Notes: a model not told the origin generated them from the sequence alone. Counted from the stretch's first letter, positions 9,467 to 19,684 are shown. The stretch is DNA of 28,641 nucleotides from an uncultured Deinococcales bacterium (GCA_964247135.1 CAXTTL010000032.1:1-28641), one strand, 5' to 3'. Numbers and translations are program-made.

Positions 9467-12400
9467 TCAATTGGAGCGTTGACGTTCACCGATTTCTTGT
9501 AAGGTTCCAGTCAGTCCAGTCACCCGTCCTCGAGCATTTTTGATGGGCCAGGCGGTGATTTCGACCAGACCGACGGAAACGTCTTTTTTAAAGTAGCGTA
9601 CCTTGCACCATAAACTCTCAGAATCGCCTTGCAGCAGCGCCTCGAGCAAGATGCGCAATTGTTCGACGTCACTCGGGTGAATCAGGGTGATGAAAGCCTG
9701 CCCGAGCGCCTCGGAAATCTCAAAACCGGTAATTTTATGCCAGGCTGGACTGAGAAAACGCAATTTTGCATGTTCGTCGGTTTGAAAAATGACCTCTTCG
9801 ATGCCCTCGAGAATATCCTTGTACTGATTTTCGGCGTCTCTGGCTCTGCTGAATTGTTTGGCACGAACGATGGCGTTGGAGACGCGGTCTGCCAGGGCGC
9901 TGAGCACCCGCAGATCGTGCTGGTTTAAGATCAAGTCGTCAATGGTTTCGACGTTTAATACGCCCACCACCACGTTTTCATCGAACAGTGGGACGCAGAC
10001 TTCGCTCGAGAGTCCTTCAAAAGCGCCAATAAAATCGGGTTCGGTACTGATATCTTCGACCAAAATGGCTTTGGCGGTGCGGGCAACTTTGCCCATGACG
10101 CCGTGGTTGATGTTGACCCGATCAATCACATCTGGATAACCTACGGCGTGTTGCAAGACCAGATCAACACCCTCGAGCAGGTAAATGCTGACCAGTGGAT
10201 AATGGAAGAGTTTTGAGGTCAACTCGACAATCGTTTTGATCACATTTTTTGGGTCTAATTCCCTGGACAAGGCATTGCGGACCTGCTCGAGCAACTCGAG
10301 TTCGCGGGTTTGTTGTTGGCTGATGGCGAGCAGGCTGCGGTAACGCGCCTCCGATTCGCGCAGTTCAAGCTCGCGGCGGTTTTGTTCGGACAAATCGGTC
10401 AGCACCAGCACGGTTCCAATCACCTTGCCGGCGATCTTGCGCGGAATGCCGGTGACCGCCACCTCGAGCCTGGAGCCATCTTTTTTGATCATGGTGTTTC
10501 TTAAATTGGTGCTGATGCCGCGTTTGCGTTGCGCCCTCGCCATGCGAATCAGATCGTGTTCCTCGGGAACGATCAGTTCAATTGAATTCCTGCCAATGAA
10601 TTCTTCAACGCTGTAACCGAGCATTTTGGCAAAAGCGGGGTTGACATATTCGTACAATCCGTCGTTGTTGGTGATTGCCAGACCTTGCGACACAATGTTG
10701 GTCACCGACAGGGCATAATCGCGCTCCTGTCCCAAAGCCTCGATGGTTTGCTCGAGCTGAATGGTGGTGCTTTGCAACTCGAGTTCCTGAATTTTTTGTT
10801 CGGTCAACAGCGTCAAAACGCCAACCGTGCCTCGGAATTCGCCGTTGACCATTCTGGGAAAACCGTTCGCCAGCACTTCGATGATTTTCCCGTCGTTGCG
10901 GCGCACCCGATTGCGGTAGGCGCTGGAAACCCCGGCACGGCGCGAGACTGTTTCTTGCAGGTGAATCTCGAGGTCGCCTGGCACGATAAAATCTGTCGGC
11001 TTGCGCCCGACAAGCTCTTCGGGATTGGCAAATCCCAAGATTCTGGCTGCCGCAGGGTTGCTGTATTCGATAAAGCCCTCGCTGTTGGTGACACTCAGTC
11101 CCTGATCGACCACTTGGGTGATCAACAGGGCGTAATCCTGTTCGGCTTTCAGTTGTTTTTCCGCCTCGAGCAACTTTTCAACCGTGGCTTGCAGCTCGGT
11201 TTGAATCAGCATTTCGCTGGTTTGGTTGGTGATTAATGCCGTCGTTCCCTGATAGATGCCATTTTCAAACAGCGCCGAAACCGAAACCCGAGCGTAATAC
11301 TTGCCCCATTGTACGTTCGTGTCAAATGTTTGTCCTTGCAGGGCGCGTCTGACCGCCGCGAGGGCGTCAATGTTGTCTTGAAAAATCGTCTCGAGCGGCA
11401 GACCGATCATCTGATCGGGATTGGCGCTCAAAATATCAATCGCATTGCCTTCGATGCGGGTCAAGTTGCCGTGTTGGTCGCAGGCAATCAAAATAATTGG
11501 CAGTTGATCGATCAAATACTCGAGGCGCTCTTGGGTGCTTTCCAAATCTTTTTGCGCCCTGGTGCGCTCAGAGACGTCCACCGCCAAACCGCGTCCACCG
11601 ATCACCTTGTCGTCTTCAAGAATGGGCGACATGAAGACCTCATAGTAATTGTTGTCGCGCTCGAGGGTGTAATGCAATTTCTCGCCTGCCAGCACGGCAT
11701 TTAAACGATCATCGGCACCCATAAATCCGAATTCTTGGACTGGGCGCCCCAAAGACTTTGCCGAGACTTCGGGGGTCACGTCGCGCCCTTCGAGTAAGGT
11801 CACAATACCGTCTTGATCGTAGCCAATAAACAACACGGGCATGGCGGTGATGATGCTGGAAAGTTGTGCCTCGCGGGCTTTAAGCCTGGTTTCGGCAACG
11901 CTTCGGTCGGTCACATCGACGGCAATCAAACTGGTTCCAACCTTGCGGTGGTTCTCGACAATTGGGGTCACCCGAACCTCCAAGTGCTGCTCTTGCCAAA
12001 AAACAATGGTGCTGAACGATTCGCCAGCCATCGCCCGACGACCAATCTCGAGCAATGCCGGAAACTCGCGGTAGCTGTCAAAAAAGCTGCTGCCAACGAT
12101 GCTCAACGAGGAAATTCGGTTTTCAGTCAGACCGCGTCCCTCAAAAAAAGTGACGCGTCCAACGCGGTCAAGTTTCAAAATAATCACGGGTAAACTCGAG
12201 AGTAAAGTCTTGAGTTCGGTTTGCGCGGCTTCGGCTTGGGTTTCAGCCAGATGGCGGTCGGTCACATCGGCGGCGATGCAACTTGCGCCGATCATGACCC
12301 CATTTTCGATGATTGGACTGACCCAGGTTTCAAAATAGCGCCCGTTCCATTCCAACACCTCATCAAAGGTTTCACCTGCCAGGGCGCGTTGTATCGCCGC

Positions 12401-14194
12401 CAAGACCGAAGGACGGGTTTGGAATTCAGCCATGATGCTGTGACCAACAATTTCGTGATGCTCCTGGGGCACACCCATCTGCTGCAAGATTGCCAGGGCG
12501 CCGCCACCGAAGTAGGTGATCTGCCCTTGCAAATTGGTTTTGACCATCAAAATGGGCAGGCTCGAGGTGATGTTTGAAAGTTCGGCTTGGGTTCGCGCCA
12601 AGGCTTCGCGCGATCTGAACTCTTCGCTGATGTCAACTATAATTGCCGTTGCGCCGGTAACAAGCCCGTCAGGGTTGGCAATCGGCGACACCCAACATTC
12701 GCGGTAGGCACCCTCCCATTGGATGACCGCCGTGAACGACTCTCCGGCCAATGCGCGTTTTAAACCTGCAACCACGGTTTGATTTGAGCCGAACACCTCG
12801 AATGCCGAGCGACCCACCCGCTCGAGGCTGGTTTGCGGGGTGACGTCCCGACCCTCATAAAGGCTGATGATGCCATTAATATCAATCCGAGCGACCCGAA
12901 CAGGCAAGGCATCAATGATTTCGCGCAGTTGCATGTCGCTGGTGGATAAGGCGGTTTGGGCTTTGATGCGGTCGGTGATGTCAAAGGCAATTGCCCGTAG
13001 CCCAGTGCGTTTGTCACCGTCGAGCACTGGGGTCAGCCAGGTTTCAAAATGCCGTCCGTGCCAGCCAAAACTAAACGACAAACCTTCGCCGCGAATGGCG
13101 GCTTGAACCGCCTGAAGCATCTGCGGTTGTCCTTCAAAGACATCTTGCATCAATCGACCCACCAAGTCCCTGGACTCAAAGCCCAACATGCTGAGCGCCC
13201 GACCTTCGGCAAGGGTGATCGAACCGCGCATGTCCGTGCCGAGCACAAAAATCGGCAAATTGGATGTCAGCTCCCACAACCTCGCCTCGGAGCGCATCCC
13301 TTTCATTTCACTCGGGGCGCCCGTGATCGAGACGACGCCGACCACACTGTGAATGGTGTCCAAAATCGGCGACATCGAAACCCGAACGTTGACCCGAAAA
13401 CCGGACTTGTGAACCCGCTGGGTTTCAAACGGGGCAATTTTCTCGCCGAGCATCATGCGTTGAATAAAACCCTGCACCGAGGTGTTGTTGGCTCGAGGGA
13501 TCAGAAAACTGATGTGCTGCCCAACCGCCTCGGAGGTCGCGTAACCAAACATTTTTTCGGCACCAATATTCCAGGAGGTCACAATCCCCTGCAAGTTCTC
13601 GGTGATGATCGCCTCATCGGTCGAATTCACCACCCGCTCGAGGATGCTGCGGTTGAGGGCATCCATCATTTCCCTGGGGGTTTCTTTGGCTTGCACCAAT
13701 TCGAGTCGCAAATCGAGTTCGCCCATCAAGGACTCTGACAGGCTCTCGAGGATCGTGACCTCGCTTTCGGTCAAGCTGCGCTCTCGGGTGTCGAGCACGC
13801 ACAAACAACCCAGGACTTGCCCTGTCGCGGTGCGCAGCGGCGAACTGGCAAAAAACCCCAGGCGTTCGATGCTCGAGGACAACAGGCTCGAGATGGTTTG
13901 CAGGTCGCTCGGGTCACGCGATTGCACCAAACCCTCGGGCAAAAACAACGATAAACGTTTTGGCAGGGTGCGCGGCAACAGGTCATTGAGTTCCAGCCCG
14001 TAAGCGCCAGCAAAGCGCAGGCTGGCTTCTCCGACCCAACAAATCAGTGCGCCTTTGGCGTTTAAACTCTTGGCGGCAAGTTTGGCGACCCGTGCAAAAT
14101 TTGCGGAAGCATCTTGACGAACCGACCCGTAACGCCGGAGCGCAGCCAGGCGTTCAGGGTCGGTGAGACTCGGCTCGCTGACCTGGGTTCGCAT
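9467..14194 (-). CDS. Large GAF/multi-PAS sensor protein (GAF-PASx9-GAF-PAS) with no output domain
   Basis: N-terminal 'ERLAALRRY...FFASSPL...LGCLCVLD' GAF, repeated PAS units ending in D(I/V)TDR, and a second GAF 'GVMGKVART...SEVCVPL...VVGVLNV'. Start set at ATG 14194 on promoter geometry. Confidence 0.85.
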   Translation of the reverse strand: MRTQVSEPSLTDPERLAALRRYGSVRQDASANFARVAKLAAKSLNAKGALICWVGEASLRFAGAYGLELNDLLPRTLPKRLSLFLPEGLVQSRDPSDLQTISSLLSSSIERLGFFASSPLRTATGQVLGCLCVLDTRERSLTESEVTILESLSESLMGELDLRLELVQAKETPREMMDALNRSILERVVNSTDEAIITENLQGIVTSWNIGAEKMFGYATSEAVGQHISFLIPRANNTSVQGFIQRMMLGEKIAPFETQRVHKSGFRVNVRVSMSPILDTIHSVVGVVSITGAPSEMKGMRSEARLWELTSNLPIFVLGTDMRGSITLAEGRALSMLGFESRDLVGRLMQDVFEGQPQMLQAVQAAIRGEGLSFSFGWHGRHFETWLTPVLDGDKRTGLRAIAFDITDRIKAQTALSTSDMQLREIIDALPVRVARIDINGIISLYEGRDVTPQTSLERVGRSAFEVFGSNQTVVAGLKRALAGESFTAVIQWEGAYRECWVSPIANPDGLVTGATAIIVDISEEFRSREALARTQAELSNITSSLPILMVKTNLQGQITYFGGGALAILQQMGVPQEHHEIVGHSIMAEFQTRPSVLAAIQRALAGETFDEVLEWNGRYFETWVSPIIENGVMIGASCIAADVTDRHLAETQAEAAQTELKTLLSSLPVIILKLDRVGRVTFFEGRGLTENRISSLSIVGSSFFDSYREFPALLEIGRRAMAGESFSTIVFWQEQHLEVRVTPIVENHRKVGTSLIAVDVTDRSVAETRLKAREAQLSSIITAMPVLFIGYDQDGIVTLLEGRDVTPEVSAKSLGRPVQEFGFMGADDRLNAVLAGEKLHYTLERDNNYYEVFMSPILEDDKVIGGRGLAVDVSERTRAQKDLESTQERLEYLIDQLPIILIACDQHGNLTRIEGNAIDILSANPDQMIGLPLETIFQDNIDALAAVRRALQGQTFDTNVQWGKYYARVSVSALFENGIYQGTTALITNQTSEMLIQTELQATVEKLLEAEKQLKAEQDYALLITQVVDQGLSVTNSEGFIEYSNPAAARILGFANPEELVGRKPTDFIVPGDLEIHLQETVSRRAGVSSAYRNRVRRNDGKIIEVLANGFPRMVNGEFRGTVGVLTLLTEQKIQELELQSTTIQLEQTIEALGQERDYALSVTNIVSQGLAITNNDGLYEYVNPAFAKMLGYSVEEFIGRNSIELIVPEEHDLIRMARAQRKRGISTNLRNTMIKKDGSRLEVAVTGIPRKIAGKVIGTVLVLTDLSEQNRRELELRESEARYRSLLAISQQQTRELELLEQVRNALSRELDPKNVIKTIVELTSKLFHYPLVSIYLLEGVDLVLQHAVGYPDVIDRVNINHGVMGKVARTAKAILVEDISTEPDFIGAFEGLSSEVCVPLFDENVVVGVLNVETIDDLILNQHDLRVLSALADRVSNAIVRAKQFSRARDAENQYKDILEGIEEVIFQTDEHAKLRFLSPAWHKITGFEISEALGQAFITLIHPSDVEQLRILLEALLQGDSESLWCKVRYFKKDVSVGLVEITAWPIKNARGRVTGLTGTLQEIGERQRSN

Positions 14195-14201
14195 GGGACG
14201 C

Positions 14202-14230
14202 AGGATGACTCGGGGTTTTACGAGTGTCAA
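14202..14230 (-). promoter_or_regulatory. Sigma70-type promoter of the PAS gene (leaderless geometry)
   Basis: TTGACA (14230-14225)-N17-CATCCT (14207-14202)-N7-ATG (14194). The ORF-track TTG start coincides with the -35 box. Confidence 0.6.
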
Positions 14231-14422
14231 AAATTACCTCAGAGAAACGAAAAATATGAAATGCAAAGAAATCTTAAAATTGAGTTTTGAAGTTGAAGTC
14301 CGACCTCCCCAGTTTACCTGAGCGTTTGATTATGACAAGGCAAGAATCTACTTTGCCAACAAACGTTAAAGGATTCAACGAAAACCACAGTGCCATGGCG
14401 ACAAATCGGTCAGAATAAGACC

Positions 14423-16024
14423 ATGAACCTCAACCATCAACCGTATCCCTCAAATCGCAGTCCAATCCTCGGCGCAAAGGGTGCCGTCGCCACCAGTCAA
14501 CCCTTGGCAGCCCAAGCCGGACTCGAGATGCTAAAAGCCGGTGGCAACGCCGTCGATGCCGCCATCGCCACGGCGGTTGCGCTCACGGTGCTCGAACCAA
14601 CCTCCAACGGTATCGGCGGTGATGCGTTTGCACTGGTTTGGGACGGCAACAAACTGCACGGTTTGAACGCTTCGGGTCGAGCGCCCGAACGCATGAACCC
14701 CGAGTTGTTCTCGGCTCGAGGGTTGTCCGAAGTGCCCAGACTCGGTTGGTTGCCCGTGACCGTACCCGGTGCGCCCAGCGCCTGGCGCGATTTGCACGCC
14801 AAGTTTGGCAAACTCGAGTTTGAAGCTTTGTTTGGACCGGCAATTTATTACGCGCAACATGGCTATCCAGTCTCTCCAACGTTGGCACAAAATTGGCGGC
14901 GTGCCGCGCAGGTGTACTCGGGTTTGACAAGTCCAGAATTTCTACCCTGGATGCAGACGTTCACCCGAGACGGTCAGGCACCAAAAGCGGGTGAAATGTT
15001 CTCGCTGCCAGATCACGCGAAAACCCTGGCAATGATTGCCAAAACCCGAGCGCAAGCCTTTTACGACGGCGAACTTGCCGGTCGGATTGAAGATTTTGCG
15101 GCGCAAACCGGTGGTTTCATCACCCGCGCCGACCTCAGGGCGCACACTGCCGATTGGGTCGAGCCGATCAGCACCAACTACCGTGGCTACGATGTCTGGG
15201 AAATCCCACCCAACGGACAGGGCATCGCCGCATTGGCGGCACTCAATATTCTCCAAGGATTTGACCTCTCGACACACGCTCGAGATACCGTTGAGAGTTA
15301 TCATTTGCAAATTGAAGCCATGAAACTGGCGTTTATGGACGCTCGGGCTTTGGTTGCCGACCCCAGCCAAGCCGAAGTGCCGACGGCTGGAATGCTCGAC
15401 AAGAATTATGCCGAAGTGCGCCGCAAATTGATCCTCGAGACGGCGCTTGAACCCAGCGCGGGAACGCCACCGCGCGGCGGCACGGTCTACCTTTGCACCG
15501 CCGATCAGGACGGCATGATGGTCAGTTACATTCAAAGCAATTACGCCGGTTTTGGCAGTGGCATCGTGATTCCAGGAACCGGAATTGCCCTGCAAAACAG
15601 GGGTGCAAATTTTAACCTGATTCCAAACCACCCCAACCAGATTGCCCCAGGAAAACGCCCGTACCACACCATCATTCCTGGGTTTTTGAGCAAAGACCAA
15701 CAAGCCATCGGACCCTTTGGCGTAATGGGCGGCTTTATGCAACCTCAAGGTCACGTTCAAATGATGGTCAACACCGTTGATTACCACCTCAACCCGCAAG
15801 CCAGCCTCGACGCGCCGCGCTGGCAGTGGTTGGAAGGCAAGAATATCGAACTCGAGCTTCACACGCCCACCCACATTGCCGAGGGTTTGCGTGAACGCGG
15901 ACATCAGGTCACGATGCAGCTCGAGAAAGGTTCGTTTGGACGCGGGCAGATCATTTGGCGAATCAATGACGTGTTGGTGGCGGCTTCGGACTCGAGGACG
16001 GACGGTCAGGCGTTGGCGTTTTAG
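14423..16024 (+). CDS. ggt: Gamma-glutamyltransferase family protein
   Basis: 'VATSQPLAAQAG...GGNAVDAAIA', 'GIGGDAF', 'EIPPNGQG', autocleavage/catalytic Thr in 'GGTVYL', 'KRPYHTIIPG' and 'GVMGGFMQPQG'. ATG 14423 is preferred over GTG 14390. Confidence 0.92.
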   Translation: MNLNHQPYPSNRSPILGAKGAVATSQPLAAQAGLEMLKAGGNAVDAAIATAVALTVLEPTSNGIGGDAFALVWDGNKLHGLNASGRAPERMNPELFSARGLSEVPRLGWLPVTVPGAPSAWRDLHAKFGKLEFEALFGPAIYYAQHGYPVSPTLAQNWRRAAQVYSGLTSPEFLPWMQTFTRDGQAPKAGEMFSLPDHAKTLAMIAKTRAQAFYDGELAGRIEDFAAQTGGFITRADLRAHTADWVEPISTNYRGYDVWEIPPNGQGIAALAALNILQGFDLSTHARDTVESYHLQIEAMKLAFMDARALVADPSQAEVPTAGMLDKNYAEVRRKLILETALEPSAGTPPRGGTVYLCTADQDGMMVSYIQSNYAGFGSGIVIPGTGIALQNRGANFNLIPNHPNQIAPGKRPYHTIIPGFLSKDQQAIGPFGVMGGFMQPQGHVQMMVNTVDYHLNPQASLDAPRWQWLEGKNIELELHTPTHIAEGLRERGHQVTMQLEKGSFGRGQIIWRINDVLVAASDSRTDGQALAF

Positions 16025-16061
16025 AATGCTCGGAAACCACCAACAGCTTGACAAGGACGCC

Positions 16062-16823
16062 ATGCAAGCCCTGCAAAATATACCCAAAAATATTTCCAAT
16101 CTTGCACCAATCATCATTTCATCACCCACCACCCGATGCGGCACAACGCTGTTGCAACGTTTGCTGTGCTCGAGCCAGAACGGTGTGGTGTTTGGTGAAT
16201 TCTGTGCGATGGACATGGATTCGTATTTGGATGTTTTTCTGAAACACATCGAGCGCTATCAGAACCATCGTCAGCATCTTGACCTCAGCCTCGAGAAATT
16301 TAGCAATGGTCAGCTTAACGACTGGATTCTGGATTTAACGCCCGAATTGGAACCATATTTGATGGTACTCGCCAAGGCATGTTTTTTGGGTTTGGAACAT
16401 TGCGAAGCCCAAGCCTTGGCGCTGGGTCGCACAGTTTGGGGGATCAAAAAGCCAGGTTTTAAACCAGCCTCACTGAACGCTTTGAAGTTGATGATGCCGA
16501 ATTTTAAACTGCTCTACATTTACCGCGATGTCTTCGAGTGTGCGCAATCTGCCAAAGCCCGAGGCGATTTGAAATCGCTCGAGGATTTCAAAACCTATAC
16601 GCAAGTTTGGGTGCAAAACCTGTTGTTTGTCCTTAAATTTTACCAATTCGAGAACAAGCTCTTGATCCATTACCGCGACCTTATTCAACAACCGGAGGTT
16701 TGGTTGGAACAAATCTCGAGCTTTACCCTCATGGAAGGCATGGACAAAAGCATTCTCAATTTTAAGGTGAACACCAACCGCAACCAGACCAATCCAGAAG
16801 GTTATATTCAACCCGCCGTCTAA
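16062..16823 (+). CDS. PAPS-dependent sulfotransferase-like protein, possibly truncated 22 codons early
   Basis: 5'-PSB loop 'TRCGTTLLQRLL', 'WGIKKP', 3'-PB 'YIYRDVFECAQS' and 'IHYRDL'. AAGGA precedes ATG 16062 (alternative ATG 16026). Confidence 0.75.
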   Translation: MQALQNIPKNISNLAPIIISSPTTRCGTTLLQRLLCSSQNGVVFGEFCAMDMDSYLDVFLKHIERYQNHRQHLDLSLEKFSNGQLNDWILDLTPELEPYLMVLAKACFLGLEHCEAQALALGRTVWGIKKPGFKPASLNALKLMMPNFKLLYIYRDVFECAQSAKARGDLKSLEDFKTYTQVWVQNLLFVLKFYQFENKLLIHYRDLIQQPEVWLEQISSFTLMEGMDKSILNFKVNTNRNQTNPEGYIQPAV

Positions 16824-16962
16824 ACCAAAACAGAATGGCAAGCGATTGAAACGCTGAGTGCGAATGTCCGCAAACACCTGATCAAATGACCAGTGGGCAG
16901 TTTCAGACAATTTGCCGAAAAATGGCACCATCAAATCTATGTTACATTCAAGCCAAATCAAC

Positions 16963-17418
16963 ATGAAACAAAGCAAACATCCGGCATTCGACATTCCCAA
17001 ACCCGAAACCAAAGCCTGGTCGCTCGAGGATTGGGGGTTGTTGCTCGAGGCTGGTTTCACCCTGGCAAGGGCGCGTCTTTTGGTGCGGCGCACGCCATTT
17101 CCCAAGTTGGCAAAACGCTTCGGGCAACTGGATTTGGAAACGCCCAAAGACACCCCAAACCAAAAAGCTGAAAAAATAGGTTGGGCGGTCAAGACCGCTG
17201 CCAAGTGTGTGCCGTGGCGCAGCGAATGCCTCGAGCAAGCGGTCTGTGCCAAACTGACGCTCAAGCAAAAACGCTATCCGAGCACCATGTATTTTGGGAC
17301 GTTGCGCAATGGTTTGGCGTTGCAAGCCCACGCCTGGGTGCGTTGTGGCAATCTGGTGGTGGTGGGCGATGTTGGGCATCAGGTTTTTATTCAAATCGCT
17401 GTTTACGGCGATGATTAA
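16963..17418 (+). CDS. Lasso peptide leader peptidase (B2 protein, transglutaminase-like)
   Basis: 'PWRSECLEQA' with the catalytic Cys, 'MYFG' and 'AHAWVRCG' with the catalytic His. Adjacent to the RRE and cyclase genes. Start codon uncertain (16939 or 16963). Confidence 0.9.
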   Translation: MKQSKHPAFDIPKPETKAWSLEDWGLLLEAGFTLARARLLVRRTPFPKLAKRFGQLDLETPKDTPNQKAEKIGWAVKTAAKCVPWRSECLEQAVCAKLTLKQKRYPSTMYFGTLRNGLALQAHAWVRCGNLVVVGDVGHQVFIQIAVYGDD

Positions 17419-17432
17419 ATTTTGGAGGTTTT

Positions 17433-17714
17433 ATGGGCTTAACTTTGGATTCAACCGTGTGGCTCGAGCAACAAAAGTTTGTCGAAGCCCCCGAAGGAGA
17501 GGTGTTGTACATGATGAACCAGCAAACGGGTTCGTACTTGTACCTCAACGAGGTCGCCACCGTCATCTGGAAACAACTTAAAAGTCCAATTCAAGTCTCG
17601 AGCCTTTGTCAGCACTTCGAGCGGAAGTTTGAAGTCAGTCCCCACGAGTGTCAGGCGGAGGTCTTGCGGGTGCTCGGGCAACTCGAGCGAATGGGCAGTT
17701 TGCAGGTTCGATGA
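17433..17714 (+). CDS. RiPP recognition element (lasso B1 / PqqD family)
   Basis: 93 aa, 'YLYLNEVATVIWKQL...FEVS...EVLRVLGQL..MG'. SD GGAGG at 17424-17428. ATGA overlap with the cyclase start. Confidence 0.9.
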   Translation: MGLTLDSTVWLEQQKFVEAPEGEVLYMMNQQTGSYLYLNEVATVIWKQLKSPIQVSSLCQHFERKFEVSPHECQAEVLRVLGQLERMGSLQVR

Positions 17715-19642
17715 GTGCCATTTTTGGCGTGTGTCGATTGGATGGCAGCCCTGCCGAAACTGATTTGAGCGCCATGCAGTAGGCTTTGCGCCATTGGGGA
17801 AACGATGGCGGTTCGGTCTGGACTGAAAGGCATGTGGGTTTGGGACTGTGCTCGAGGCAGATCACACCGGAATCTGTGTTTGAAAAATCCTCGTATCAAA
17901 TTTGTGCTGGCACGGTCAGTTTGGTTGCCGCCGCGCGTTTGGACAACCGCAGCGAACTCTGCACCGCGTTTGGATTGGATTCCAGCCAAAGTGCCATCAC
18001 CAGCGACCTCGCGTTGATCGCTCGAGCCTATGAACGCTGGGGGCAAGATTGCGTGCATCGCTTGCTTGGCGATTGGTCCTTTGCCGCCGTTCACCACCAG
18101 ACAAATCGCTTTTTTCTTGCCCGCGACCATTACGGCAACACGGGTTTGCATTACTGCCAGGTGGGGAACCATTTTGCCTTTGCTTCGGGCATTGAAGGTT
18201 TGTTGGCGATCAAAGGAATGCCGAAAAAGGTCAACGATCAAAAAATTGCCCAAATGCTGATCGTTTGGCTGCACGACGGCTCGAGCACCTATTACCAAGA
18301 CATCATGCGCCTGCCCCCCGCGCACAGTCTCAGTTTTGAAAACGGCACACTCAAACTCGAGCGGTACTGGCAACTCGAGAACACGCCAAGTCTGCGTTTG
18401 CGCTCGAGCCAAGAGTATGTCGAATGTTTTTTAAGTATTTTTCGGACTGCCGTGCATGACCGAATGCGCTCGAGATTTCCTGTGGCAACCACGCTCAGTT
18501 CGGGTTTGGATTCTGGGGCGGTGACGGTGCTGGCTGCCCAAGCCGCTCGAGAGCGCAACGAACGCTTGACCGCGTTCACCTCCGTTCCGGTGCATGACCT
18601 GGATTTCCCCGATCAAGCCCGCCTGGACAACGAATGGGATTTGGCACACCTGACCAGCGTTTTTACTGGCAACATCGATCACGTGCCCATTCCCGCCAGT
18701 CAGCCGACACCGATTGCGGCAATTCGCTTGGCAACTGGCATCTTGCACGAACCACCATTTGCGGCGGCGAACGGTTATTGGATTCAATCGATCCTCGAGC
18801 AAACCCGTGCCAGTGGTTTTGGGGTGTTGTTGACCGGATAACTCGGCAACGGTGCGGCATCGTATTCGGGTGGTTCGTTCGTGGTTTGGCACGCGCTGCG
18901 GCAATTGCAGTTTGGTTTGGCAACTCGTGCGTTTTCTTCGGCTGCAATAATGCAAGGCAGCGTGTTTAAAACCGTGCTCTCCGAGATCGTGCAGCCTTTG
19001 GTGAAGTCGCTCAAAGCCTCGAGCGCTTTCATTTCGGGAACACGTTTTGACAACCCACAATGGGCGCTTCATGCCCACATTTCCTGCAACTTGATAAACC
19101 GAATTCAGTTGCTCGAGCAAGTTAAAAAAGCCAATTGGCTGGGCGGAGAAAACCAAAATCTGTCTTCTCCTCGAGCGCAAATGTTTGACTTGTTGCAGCC
19201 CCGCACAATGGTTGTTGGCGCGGCTTGGAACAGTTACTCGGGGGCTTACGGCATCGAAATTCGTGACCCCACGATGGACAAACGGTTGCTCGAGTTTTGC
19301 GTGGGTGTCCCCACGGAACAGTTTATTGGGAAAGGTTACAGCCGTTTTTTAATGCGTCGCGCCATGCAAGGTTTGCTGCCCAAACAAGTACAATGGAACG
19401 TCAAAAAAGGGGTTCAAGCCGCCGATCTTGGCGAACGGCTACGGCAAACCGCTCCAGAAGTCGAAGCGGCTTTGCTCGAGATTAAGTTACAGCCAAACGT
19501 GGGAAATTATCTTGACCTCAACCGTCTCGAGTCCACTTGGCAACGCCTCAAACATCACAACCCAGAGAAATTGGATGCCAATTCGTTGCTGCGAGCGATT
19601 TCGATGGGTTTGTTTTTGCTCCAATTCGAGGATTGTTCTTAA
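17711..19642 (+). pseudogene. Lasso cyclase (asparagine synthetase-like, C protein) interrupted by two in-frame stops
   Basis: A single 643-codon frame from ATG 17711 (MSAIFG...) with 'ARLDNR.EL', 'GDWSFA', 'LARDHYG', PP-loop 'LSSGLDS', 'LLTG*LGN', 'RDPTMDKRLLEFC' and 'LMRRAMQGLLP'. Stops: TAG 17780-17782 and TAA 18839-18841. Confidence 0.9.
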
Positions 19643-19654
19643 CAGCAATTTTAT

Positions 19655-19684
19655 TGCTAGAATGTGGAATCAATTTCAAGGAGG
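19655..19684 (+). promoter_or_regulatory. Extended -10 promoter and Shine-Dalgarno site for the precursor gene
   Basis: TGcTAGAAT at 19655-19663; AAGGAGG at 19678-19684; ATG at 19689. Confidence 0.6.

Noticed and set aside
15777-16025. N-terminal extension of the 348-aa ORF 15777..16823
   Set aside because: It overlaps the ggt 3' end out of frame. Sulfotransferase similarity begins only after 16062.
14942-16249. 435-aa minus-strand ORF and similar shadow ORFs (e.g. 2909..3568, 8133..8846, 16470..17264, 21534..22268)
   Set aside because: They lie antisense to well-supported genes and contain no recognisable motifs.
17433-17714. PQQ biosynthesis (PqqD) linked to the sorbosone-dehydrogenase-like gene
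   Set aside because: No pqqA/B/C/E-like genes are present, and the PqqD-fold gene is translationally coupled to the lasso cyclase.
17711-19642. Stop-codon reassignment (TAA/TAG read as Gln) as the explanation for the cyclase stops
   Set aside because: TAA and TAG end ordinary genes at their expected C-termini in this window (TAA 2891-2893; TAG 16022-16024 and 25271-25273).
17711-19642. Housekeeping asparagine synthetase AsnB
   Set aside because: It lacks the N-terminal catalytic Cys (starts MSAIFG) and sits among B2, RRE and precursor genes, the context of a lasso cyclase.
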